A stretch of 64,000 nt of DNA, taken from NCBI GenBank assembly GCA_015680685.1, contig MNCI01002192.1:189237-253236 (forward strand), in the 5' to 3' direction. Source of the stretch: Gnetum montanum. Lineage: Eukaryota > Plantae > Gnetophyta. Below, one piece after another: positions 13,688 through 24,396 of this stretch. Both the position numbers and the translations under genes were made by a program. Within the stretch, counting starts at the first letter, position 1, and each line of letters begins with the position of its first letter. The notes beneath the pieces were generated by a model. That model was not told the origin of the DNA. It saw only the letters and a program-made list of their open reading frames with translations, and searched no databases.

Positions 13688-13698
13688 ACATTGCCTAA

Positions 13699-13739
13699 AC
13701 ACACTGATGAGGGGTGTAAGTCCTAGAAATGTTTTGTGT
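13699..13739 (+). ncRNA. Degenerate minimal type I hammerhead ribozyme (variant a)
   Basis: ACACA-CTGATGA-GGGG-TGTAAG-TCCTA-GAAA-TGTTT-TGTGT. Both catalytic boxes are present and stem I pairs ACACA/TGTGT. Confidence 0.72.
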
Positions 13740-13904
13740 AACAACATACATTGTGCAATGCTATAAGCTTTTTATTACTTTCTATTTGATAGTTTTTCTA
13801 TTTTACAGTTCCTATAGTATTTCTCTCAGCCCTCCTATTTTATTACTTCCTAGATTTCATCAATAATTTTAAGTTTCCTAAAATTTTAAGTTTCTTACTT
13901 GCTT

Positions 13905-14703
13905 TTCCCATTTTTAAACTTCCAAAAGATCAAAGCATTGTTATCCATATTGCCAAAAAAATCTAGGTATTTGTGTCCTAGACTCCTCTTGGTACTATCA
14001 AGAGGCCATTAGACAATTGTTAGATATTAATGTCTACCAACAAGTGAACGTCGTTCCATGGGAATTCCTTCGTCATTGACTTCTTTCTATGATCAATCAT
14101 TTTCCACATATTTTTTCTAATTTTAATGAACCCCTTTCAAAATTCATAGCTTTCAAACCTTGTACTTTCTACTTGATCCCTAAACACCATAAACCTATTC
14201 TCGTTGGTCATCCTATCTGCTCCTATTCAGGCTATTTGCTTGAACTTGCTTCCCACCCACTCCACTACCTACTTTTCCCCATCCTTTATTCTCAACCATA
14301 CCATCTTTCAGACTTATCAGCCTTGATTCATGAGCTTCACTCCAGAGTCCTACCTCAAAATGTATTTCTTTTCATTTTTGATATAGAATCTCTCTACCTA
14401 GCATTCCCACGGATCATGGCCTTGCTATTCTTCAAGCTATGGTTGAGTCATATTTTTAGGATAACCCTTTTGATTTGTAGGTCTTCTACATCAATGCCAT
14501 CATGGAGTTAGCCTCTTTGGTCATTCAAGAACATTTTTTGAAGTTCAACGAGCTCTTCTACAAACAGATTCTAGGCGCCACCATGGGTAGGAACTTTGTC
14601 GTTGTCTATGCTTGCCTATTTTTATGTTACCTAGAGAAACAAATTTTCTCTACACCAAGCTCTGAGCATCTTCTCTACTTCAAAAGGTAAATTGATGATG
14701 CCC
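13905..14703 (+). pseudogene. PLE RT internal fragment ending just after the IDD motif
   Basis: ORFs 14089-14511 and 14502-14690. Confidence 0.88.
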
Positions 14704-16829
14704 TCTTGGTAGACATTAGTATTTGACAATTATTTGATGACCTCTTGATAGTACCAAGAGGAGTCTAAGACATAGATACCCAAATTTTTGTCAATAGTAT
14801 GAATAAACATGCTTCGATCTTTCTGAAGTTTAAAAAGGGTTCCAAGAAGATGTCAAGGAAGTAGAGGCCTCCAAGAAAAATCTAAAGAAGAAAGAGAAGC
14901 CTCAAGAGATGAGAGACAATCGAGAATAGATGTCTGTAGGTGTTGGTTGAAGTTGCTGGTGGGTAGATTCCACTTGCTTTGAAAACATAACTTCATCTTA
15001 GCAAGATGAATTTCTTCCAAAAAATGTGAAGAAGAAAGGTTTACCTCTTTTAGTTTCTCTTTGAAGAAGTTGCATAACCAAAGAAGTCTAGCAAAGGTAG
15101 CGAACTCCTTGAGAACTACACCACCATCTATGGGAAGAGGACAAGGAATGAATTTAAGGCCAAAACCTAGAACTTTGATTTCATTAGGAGAAAGATTCCT
15201 AAATGAAAAATTGTGAATGGCGAAGTTAGAAATGTGATTTTCTACTTCATGAATGAACTTATGTTCATGAAAGATTCCTAAATGAAGTAGAAAATCACCA
15301 CTTCCTAGAATTCTTACGTCCATCTTCTCTTCCAACATAAGGAGAGAAGATGGACGTAAGAATTCTAGGAAATGGTTGGGAGCCAAAATTTTAACCACAT
15401 GCGGGAGAGCAGTTTTTGAACTTTCTTCAGGTAGATATCTGGCACGATGTTCTTGGCCGTGGTGTAGATGGTGTAGATTTGTGTTGCTAATGATAGAAAC
15501 CTTGGTGTGATTCCAATCCAGATGGGCTAGAGGCACTGGAGGTGGAGTTCTTGTTCAGCTGTTAGTGGGGCCTAACCTAGGAAGGAGTTTTGCGAGCTAG
15601 GCACCAGCCATTTAAAGAAGAATTGACCTGAGGTCATTTTGGCTATGAGTGTCCCTAATGCTTGTGATTTTTCTTCTTTTTCTTATTCTGATTCTATGGA
15701 GGGTGATAGTGGGGTTGAGTGGGCTTGTTGGGGAGGATGCCAAAATCCTTCAACCATTCACCAATTTTTTTGAAACTGGAGTCCCATTCTTGTTGAATGG
15801 TTTCTTTGTAGACCTCCTTGATAGTAGGACCAGGGTCAAGGCGATGTACTTCAGTCTCCACAACTGAAGTAGCATACTTTTAGGTCTCTTTTGCTTTCTT
15901 CCAAGCTTTTTCATGGACCAAGAATGGAAGTCATTTATTTAGAAAAGCTTACTCAAGTTTTCTGGAGTATATTTGCAAAATATCATTGATGTATGAATTG
16001 GGTCGATTGATAGCTAAGATGCATTCAACCAACTTTGAATAAGCTTCATGTGAGAAAGAATCCAATTTTTTAATATTGTCTTTGGTGGATGCCATTTTTG
16101 CGTGAAGATAGCGTCTTGGTGTTTTAGATTGTGTTCTTTTTCGAGAGCAACAAAATCTACATAAAAGATGGTATCTCCTTTAGGCGTGGAAGCTTTAAGG
16201 CTTGGAACAGTAATGCGTAGACTTTGAACCAACAAATGTTTTGCGTGTAGTTTCTCAAGACACTCTATATTGTGGCAGGAGTGCTTTGCATTATGTAAGT
16301 TCTTATAGAGTCACTTAGCAATAGAGTTTATCATCTCCAACAACACTTCAGGAATTTGTAGTGAATCTCCATTGGCAGTAGATGAAGAAGATGTTTTGAC
16401 ATCATTCAACTGTTACCAAAGAGAATTACATTCAAACTAAAGTGAGTTGATGCAGGCCTAAGAATTTGCACGTTGTTGATGACAAAGACTTAATTTAGCA
16501 TTAGCTGTAAGATGTGCGTGTTCTACACAAAGCTCATGAATGTGATTAATGAAGTTTTCATAGATCACTTCTGTCTATTCTGAAGGCTTGGAATGGAAAT
16601 CTAGTTTAAGATATTCCAAGGAAGCATATGGAAGTCCATGAACTAGATAGTTGAAACAACACAAACCTAATTGTAGATTCATGTCATGCTCCGTATAAGA
16701 ATCTAGTAGACAAGATATTTTTCATGAAGAGCTAGCAGAGGGAACATTCTTTGAGCATTGCATGGAATTAGTAGTGTGGGGTTGGTTCCTTGAAGAAGAG
16801 GTAGAAGGTTGCCAATCTGCAGAGCTCAT
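14704..16829 (-). pseudogene. PLE ORF1 plus N-terminus of the RT ORF
   Basis: Starts MSSADWQPSTSSSRNQP at 16829 and is an inverted homolog of 23082-25170. Includes NFSFRNLSPNEIKVLGFGLKFIP, a PLE RT N-terminal motif. Confidence 0.82.
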
Positions 16830-16974
16830 TTTCTTTAGGCAGCAAAATAGATGAGAAATTTAGGGTACTTAAAATTTTAAGTAAGATCTCATGCGATTGA
16901 AGAAAAGACAAAAAGATAGAAGGACCAAAAGGAACAAATTAAGAGAAAGGCTCAAACATAGAAGCAAAGCTACT

Positions 16975-17016
16975 ACATAAAATATTTTAAAGAAATATCA
17001 CCCCTCTTCAGTATGT
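16975..17016 (-). ncRNA. Degenerate hammerhead ribozyme (variant b)
   Basis: ACATA-CTGAAGA-GGGG-TGATAT-TTCTT-TAAAA-TATTT-TATGT. The GAAA box has decayed. Confidence 0.5.
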
Positions 17017-17090
17017 TTATAGAAGCAATCCTTGAAATGTGGTTTAAGCAACAAGTATAGGATGAGAATTTATAGAGTCCCAACTTCAAA

Positions 17091-17357
17091 AATAGAGTAA
17101 CGGTCATGTGCAAACATGTGCATTAAATAGAGTAACAATCAAGTGCAAACTTGCGCATTAAATAAAATAACATTCATGTGTAAACATGTGCATTAAATAG
17201 AGTAACGGTCATGTGCCAACATGTGCATTAAATAGAGTAACGATCATGTCCAAACATGTTCATTAAATAGAGTAATGGTCATGTGCAAACATGTGCATTA
17301 AATAGAGTAATGGTCATGTGCAAACATACGTGTTAAATAGAATAATGGTCATGTGCA
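17091..17357 (+). repeat. 35-bp tandem array (~7.6 units)
   Basis: Unit starts at 17091, 17126, 17161, 17196, 17231, 17266, 17301 and 17336. Confidence 0.95.
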
Positions 17358-17373
17358 TCCAATAGTCATCCAA

Positions 17374-18557
17374 TCCTCTTGGTACTATCAAGAGGCCATC
17401 AAACAATTTTTAGATACTAATATTTACCAACAAGTGGACATCGTTCCATGGGAACTCCTTCATTGTCGGCTTCTCTCTATGATCAACCATTTTCCACAAG
17501 TTTTTGTTAATTTTAAGAGACCCCTTTTGACAGTCTTGGCTTTCAAACCTTGTACTTTCTACATGATTCCTAAACTCCATAACCTATTCTCATTAGTTGT
17601 CCTATCTACTCCTATTCAACCTATTTGCTTGAACCTACCTCTTGCCTGCTCCACTGCCTACTTTTCTCTATTCTTTGTTCTTAACCATATCATTTTTTAG
17701 ACTCATTAGCCTTGATCCATGACCTTTAGTCTAGAGTCTGACCTCAAAATGTGTTTCTTTTCACTTTTGATGTAGAATCTCTCTCCCCTACCATTCCCAC
17801 AAATCATGGCCTTGCTACTCTTCGAGCTATGGTTGAGTCATATTTTTAGGATAACCATTTTGATTTGTAGGTCTGCTACATTAATGCCATCATGGAGCTA
17901 GCCTCTTTGATCTTTCAAGAATATTTTTTAGAGTTCAATGGGGTCTTCTACAAATAGATTCAAGGCACCACCATGGGTAGCAACTTTTTTGTTGCCTATG
18001 CTTACCTATTTCTTTATCACTTAGAGAAACAAATTTTCTCTATACTAGGCTACAAACATCTTCTCTACTTCAAAAGGTACATTGATGATGCTTTTGGCAT
18101 TTTGAGTAGTTCACAGGATTCCCTCTTCTAGTTACTTGATCGGTATGGTTCTTTCTATCCTACCATCAATATTACTCCCTCAGTATCTAGCTCCTTAGCA
18201 AACATTCTGGATGTTTCCTTCTTCAAGGGTTCTAACTTTCTTAACACTAGTATTCTTTCTACTTAGTGTTATAAAAAATCCTTAAATTCTTATCAATACA
18301 TTCCTTTCTCCTCTTGGCATCCTCGTCATTAGAAGAAAGCCTTCATTGTTGCTGAGCTCAAATGATACCTCATTAAATAATCTTGCCTCGGTGATCTTCA
18401 ACAGATTCGACAATAAATTTTTTGATGACTTTGTGCTAAAGGATATCCTTCTCACTTTTTGGCTCATTACTTCAACCTTGTTCTTGCTTTGTCTAGATAG
18501 CATCGTCTTGAATGGTTTCATCAATGCTATGATGTTCGCAATAGGAAATGGAACCCT
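17374..18557 (+). pseudogene. PLE RT fragment, inverted copy of 12196-13380
   Basis: Same 5' and 3' junctions as 12196-13380. Confidence 0.88.
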
Positions 18558-19306
18558 CTTATATTTTGCATTTTTTGTAGCATATATAAGGAGGTTCTTA
18601 GAATTCCTTGTGGTCAAGAAGGATGGAAAATGGATATTCCATGATCCATCCTAATTTTCCAAACCTTGGGTGAAACATATTTTTCTAGACATGTAGGTTC
18701 AAAACCCACCAATCGAAGATATTGGGGAATCATTGTCTATTACCACTAAGAAATTGAGTGGTGTACATTGTTCTTTCCCTAACAACATGGGGATTGAGCT
18801 CCATATTTCTTATGGAAGTGTTAAGAGGGCTAAGGAGTTGTGTGTTGAGGCTAATGGTTCAACCATAGCAATTTGAAGCAACCACTAGTTGAAGAGATGG
18901 TTACTATTGTTGAGCAGCTAGTGAAAAAGAAGATATCCCTTAAGATCAACTAAGCAGATCACATTTTTTACGTATGTTCTAATTGAATTTTTTCTTATGC
19001 TTGGTTTTTATGATATCTTGCATATTATTTATGTTATGTGCACATTTATGTCATCATATTAATTCTAGAGGCAAAATTTCTAACTTGTTCTATATTTTGT
19101 CTTTGTTATTCTTATAGGAAAACAACAAGAACTAGTAACCCAAGTAGATGTAGAGCCATAGAGAAAACACCAAGAAGAGAAGGCACTAAGGCAACAAGAG
19201 GATGATGAACTAATAGCTAATGAAACATTGAATTCCTTGGATGCCATATTTGAAGATTCAATGTTTGATGATGAAACTCACATTGACATCCTACATGGTC
19301 CTCCAG
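18558..19306 (-). repeat. Inverted partial copy of the target flank (11446-12195) embedded in the PLE chain
   Basis: Reverse complement of the flank, including one intron, attached to the same PLE junction. Confidence 0.9.
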
Positions 19307-20042
19307 GAATCACACCAAGGTTGTTGTTGTTAGCAATGAAACTCTACACCATCTACGCCATAGCCAAGAACATCGCTATAGACTTCTTCCTAAAGAAAGT
19401 TCAAAAATAACTCTCCCACACATGGTTGAACTTCTAGCTCGTAACCATTTCTTAGAATTCTTATGCTCATCTTCTCTTCCAGTGTAAGTTCATTCACAAA
19501 GTAGAAAATTACATTTCTAACTTCGCCAATCACAATTTTTCATTTAGGAGTCTTTCTTCTAATGAAATTAAAGTTTTTGTTTTTGGCCTTAAATTCATTC
19601 CTTGTCCTCTTCCCATGGACCATGGTGCGGTTCTCAAGGAGTTCACAACCTTTGCTAGATTTCTTTGGTTACACAACTTCTTTAAAGACAAACTAAAAGA
19701 GGCAAACCTTTCTTATTCACCTTTTTTGGAAGCAATTCATCTTACTAAGATGAAGTTATGTTTTCGAAGCAAGTGGAATGTGCCTACCAATAGCTTCAAC
19801 CAACACCTAGAGACATCTTTTCTTTATTGTCTCTCATCTCTTGAGGCTACTCTTTCTTATTTAGATTTTTCTTGGAGACCTCTGCTTCCTCTACATCTTC
19901 TTGGAGCCCTTTTTAAACTCTAAAAAGATCGAAGCATTGTTATTTATCCTGTTCACAAAAATTTTTGTATCTGTGTCTTGGACTCCTCTTGGTACTATTA
20001 AGAGGTCATCAAAAAATTGTCAAATATTGATGTCTACCAAGA
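19307..20042 (+). pseudogene. PLE RT N-terminal fragment
   Basis: Inverted copy of ~14704-15512; includes ORF 19615-19923. Confidence 0.85.
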
Positions 20043-20840
20043 GGGCATCATAAATGTACCTTTTGAAGTAGAGAAGATGCTTGAAGCTTGGTGTAAAGAA
20101 AATTTGTTTCTCTAACATAGAAGTAGGAGAGCGTAGATAATGACAAAGTTGTGACCCATGGTGGTGCCTCAAAATCTATTTGTAGAAGAGCCCATTGAAC
20201 TCCAAGAAATGTTATTGAACGACCAAAGAGGCTAGCTCCATGATGGAATTGATGTAGAAGGCCTGCAAATCAAAAGGGTTATCCTAAAAATATGACTCAA
20301 CCATAGCTCAAAGAGTAGCAAGGCCATGATCCATGAGAATGCTAAGGTAGAGAGATTCTATATTAATAGTGAAAAGAAATACATTTTGAGGTTGCACTCT
20401 AGAGTGGAGGTCATGAATCAAGGCCAATGAGTTTGAAAGATGGTATGGTTGAGAATAAAGGATGGGGAAAAGCAGGTAGTGGAGAAGGTGGGAGGCAAGT
20501 TCAAGAAAATAGCCTAAATAGGAGTAGATAGTACGACCAATGAGAACAGGTTTATGGTGTTTAAGGATTAGGTAGAAAGTACAAGGTTTGAAAGCTATGA
20601 ATTTCAAAAGGGATTCCTTAAAATTAGAAAAAACCTATGTAAAATGATTGATCACAGAGAGAAGCCAATGATGAAAGAATTCCCATGGAACGAAGTTCAC
20701 TTGTTGGTAGTCGTTAGTATCTAACAATTGTTTGATAGCCTCTTGATAGTACTAAGAGAAGTCTAGGACACAGATACCTAGATTTTTGTCAGCAGGACAA
20801 ATAATAATGCTTTGATCTTTTTGGAGTTTAAAAATGGGAA
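20043..20840 (-). pseudogene. PLE RT internal fragment
   Basis: Inverted copy of 13905-14703; includes ORF 20308-20607. Confidence 0.85.
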
Positions 20841-20990
20841 AAGCTAGGAAACTTAAAATTTTTTAAGAAATCTTATGTGTTAAGGAAAAGAACAAGAGGG
20901 CTGAGAGAAATACTATAGGAACTATAAAACAGACAAACTGTTAAATAAAAAGTAATAAAAAGCTCATAGTAGTGTACAAAGTATGTTGTT

Positions 20991-21032
20991 AAACAAAACA
21001 TTTTTTGGGACTTACACCTCTCATCAGTGTGT
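20991..21032 (-). ncRNA. Degenerate hammerhead ribozyme (variant a)
   Basis: ACACA-CTGATGA-GAGG-TGTAAG-TCCC-AAAAAA-TGTTT-TGTTT; a copy of 13699-13739. Confidence 0.55.
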
Positions 21033-21045
21033 TTAGGCAATGTAG

Positions 21046-21358
21046 TCATGTGCATTAAATAGAATAACGGTCATGTGCAAACATGTGCATTAATTAGAGT
21101 AATGGTCATGTCCAAACATGTGCATTAAATAGAGTAATGGTCATGTGCAAACATGTGCATTAAATAGAGTAATGATCATGTGCAAAATGTCCATTAAATA
21201 GAGTAAGGATCATGTGCAAATATGTGCATTAAATGGATTAATGATCATGTGCAAACATTTGCATTAAATATAATAATAGTCATGTGAAAACATGTGCATT
21301 AAATAAAGTAACAGTCATGTGCAAACATGTGCATTAAATAGAATAACAGTCATGTGCA
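21046..21358 (+). repeat. 35-bp tandem array (~9 units)
   Basis: Same unit as the other two arrays. Confidence 0.95.
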
Positions 21359-21373
21359 TCCAATAGTCATCCA

Positions 21374-22796
21374 ATCCTCTTGGTACTATCAATAGGTCAT
21401 CAGACAATTGTTAGATACTAACATTTACAAATAAGTGGACGTCATTCCATGGGAATTTCTTCGTCGTCAACTTCTCTATATGATCAACTATTTTCCATAG
21501 GTTTTCTTTAATTTTAAAGGATGCTTTTTGAAAGTCTCAACTTTCAAACCTTGTACCTTCTACTTGATCTCTAAAATCCGCATAAACCTATTCTCATTGG
21601 TCATCCTATCTACTCCTATTCAAGCTATTTGCTTGAACCTGCCTCTCGCCTACTCCACTACCTACTTTCCCCATCCTTTGTTCTCAACCATACCATCTTT
21701 TAGACTTGTTAGCCTTGATCATGGCCTCCACTCCAGAGTACTACCTCAAACTATGTTTATTTTCACTTTTGATGTAGAATCTCTTTACCCTAGCATTCCC
21801 ATGGATCATGGCCTTGCTACCTTTCAAGCTATGGTTAAGTCATATTTTGAGAATAACCTTTTCGATTTGTGGGACTTCTACATCAATGCCATCAGGGAGC
21901 TTGCCTCTTTAGTCCTTCAAGAACATTTCTTGGAGTTCAATGGGGTATTCTACAAATAGATTCAAGGCATCGCCATGGGTAGAAATTTTGCCATTGTCTA
22001 CGCTTGCCTGTTTCTATGTTACTTAGAGAAAGAAATTTTCTCTACACCAAGCTTCGAGCATCTTCTCTACTTCAAAAGGTACATTGATGATGCCTTTAGC
22101 ATTTGGAGCGATTCATAGGATTCCCTCTTCTAGTCACTTTATTGGTATGGTTCATTATATCCTATCATCAATATCACTCCCTTAGTATCCAGCTCTTCAA
22201 CAAACATTTTTGATGTTTCCTTCTTCAAGGGTTTTAACTTTGTTAATACTAGTATTCTTTCTACTAAGTGTTATAAAAAATCCTTAAATGCTTATCAATA
22301 CATTCTTTTCTCCTCTTAGAATCCTCAGCATTAGAAGAAAGCCTCCATTAATTCTGAGCTCAAACGATACCTCATCAGAGAATTTTGCCTCAGTGATCTT
22401 CAATAGATTTGACAACAGCTCTTTTGATGACTTCATGCTTGAGAATATCCTTCTCGCTTCTTAACTCATTACTTCAACCTTGTCCATACATTTTCCAGAT
22501 GACATCTTCTTGAATGGCTTCATCAATGCCATAATGTTCGCAATAGGAAATGGACACCTCTTGTCTTAAAATTGGATTTTAGTCCTTTCACTAAATCCTT
22601 GAACTTGATGGTCCTCCTAAACCCCATACATGTTGGGCTCCACAAAAAAGATTGAATTCTCAAAAAAATCATTTTTGATGTTATTTCATGTTGAAGGAAT
22701 CCTAGAAAACTTTATTCTTTTCTCATCAAGAAAAAATTCAAGAGCAGTAGTCCCATGCCCATATTAGCTCGAACAAGTGACGTCCATTCTATTTAA
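21374..22796 (+). pseudogene. PLE RT, 5'-truncated but with its native C-terminus
   Basis: FTFDVESLYPSIP, YIDD, then TPLVLKLDFSPF...RNPRKLYSFLIKKKF...DVHSI-stop (TAA 22794-22796). No endonuclease domain follows. Confidence 0.85.
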
Positions 22797-22902
22797 TGCA
22801 CATGATTGCACATGACCGTTACTCTATTTTTGAAGTTAGGACTCTATAAATTCTTATTATACCCTTATTGCTCAAACCACATTTTAAGCATTGCTTCTAT
22901 AA

Positions 22903-22944
22903 ACATACTGATGAGAGGTGAGATTCCCTAAAATTTTTTTATGT
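22903..22944 (+). ncRNA. Degenerate hammerhead ribozyme (variant b) in the pseudo-LTR / 5' UTR
   Basis: ACATA-CTGATGA-GAGG-TGAGAT-TCCC-TAAAA-TTTTTT-TATGT, lying between the RT stop of the upstream copy and the ORF1 ATG. Confidence 0.58.
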
Positions 22945-23081
22945 AGTAGCTTTGCTTCTATGTTTGAGCATTTCTCTTTATTTGTTCGTTTTTATCCTTT
23001 TATCTTTTCTTCAGCCACACAAGATCTTACTTAAAATTTTAAGTATTCTAAATTTTTCCTCTATCTCACTACTTGAAGAAA

Positions 23082-24362
23082 ATGAGCTCTACAAATTGGC
23101 AACCTTCTACCTCTTCTTCAAGGGACCAACCCCACACTGCTAATCCCATGCAGTTCCTAGGTAATGTTTCCCCTGCTAGCTCTTCATAGAAAAGATCTTG
23201 TCTACTGGATTCTTCTACGAAGCATGACATGAATCTATAATTAGGTTTGTGTCATTCCAACTGTCTAGTTCATGAGCATCCATATGCTTCCTTGGAATAT
23301 CTTGAACCAGATTTTCATTCCAAGCCTTTAGAATAGATGGAAGAGATCCGCACAGACTTTTTTTGTCGTGATGATGAGCTTTGTGCAGAACATGCACGTC
23401 CTACAATTCAGCTTCATGCAGAATATGCACATCTTATTGATGCTCTCCATGCTAAATTAAGTCTTTTCCATCAACAAATTGTAGATTCTCAAGCTCACAT
23501 CAACTCACTTTAGTCTGAATGTGATTCTCTTTAGCAATAGTTAAATGATGCCAAAACATCATCTTCTCTTGCTACCAATGGAGATTCACTACAAATTCCT
23601 AAAGTGTTGTTGGAGATGACCAACTTTGCTATTAAGGAACTCTACAAGCACTTTCACAATGTAGAGCGCTCCATCATAACAAAGAGTGTCTTGAGAAACT
23701 ACATGCAAAAAAGCTATTATTTCATAGTTTATGCATTGCTGCTCTAGGCCTTAAAACTTTCGCCCCTGAAGGAGATGCCATCCTTTAAGCAGATTTTGTT
23801 GCTATCCAAAAAGAGCACAATCCAAAACTTTAGGAAGCTTATCTTCATGCTGAAATGACATCCTCTGAAGCTAATCTTAAAAAATTAGATTTTTTTCTAG
23901 CATGAAGCTTTTCAAAATTTGGTTAAATGTATCTTAGCTATCAATCAACCCACTTCATACATTAATGCTCTTTTGCATATCTATTTCAAAAAACTTAAGA
24001 AAGCTTTTCTAAATGAATGGATTTAGTTTTAGATCCATGCATAAGCACAAAAGAAAGTAGAAGAGACTTGAAAGAATGCTGCTTTGGTTGTAGAGACTAA
24101 AGCAGATCGCTTTGATCCTAGTCCTACCATCAAAGAGGTCTATAAAGAAACCATTCAACAAGAATGGGACTCCACTTTCAAAAAATTTGGTGAATGGTTG
24201 AAGGATCATGACATCCTCCTTGCTAAACCTGCTTAACCTCACTGTCGTCCTCTGTAGAATCAGAATAAGAAAAAGAAGCAGAATTGCAAGTAGCAGGGTC
24301 ACAAACACCAGTGACACTCATAGCCAAAACAACCTAAGGTCGATTCTTCTTTAAACGACTAG
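23082..24362 (+). pseudogene. PLE ORF1 (~420 codons, basic NKKKKQ tail), disrupted
   Basis: Starts MSSTNWQPSTSSSRDQP; homologous to 16829-15600 (-); ends TCT TTA AAC GAC TAG. Confidence 0.7.
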
Positions 24363-24396
24363 TGCCCAGCCTACAAAACTCCTTCCCAGGCTGGGT
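24350..24396 (+). promoter_or_regulatory. Putative -1 programmed ribosomal frameshift signal
   Basis: T TTA AAC in the ORF1 frame, a 7-nt spacer, then stem GCCCAGCCT/AGGCTGGGT. The -1 frame equals the frame of RT ORF 24548-24889. Confidence 0.75.

Noticed and set aside
17091-17357. 35-bp repeats next to an RT as a CRISPR array or retron-like system
   Set aside because: Units are head-to-tail with no unique spacers, there are no cas genes, and the context is eukaryotic.
19300-19312. Spliced chimeric cDNA junction (the flank copy ends at an exon donor)
   Set aside because: The same copy retains an intron and a GG microhomology explains the join.
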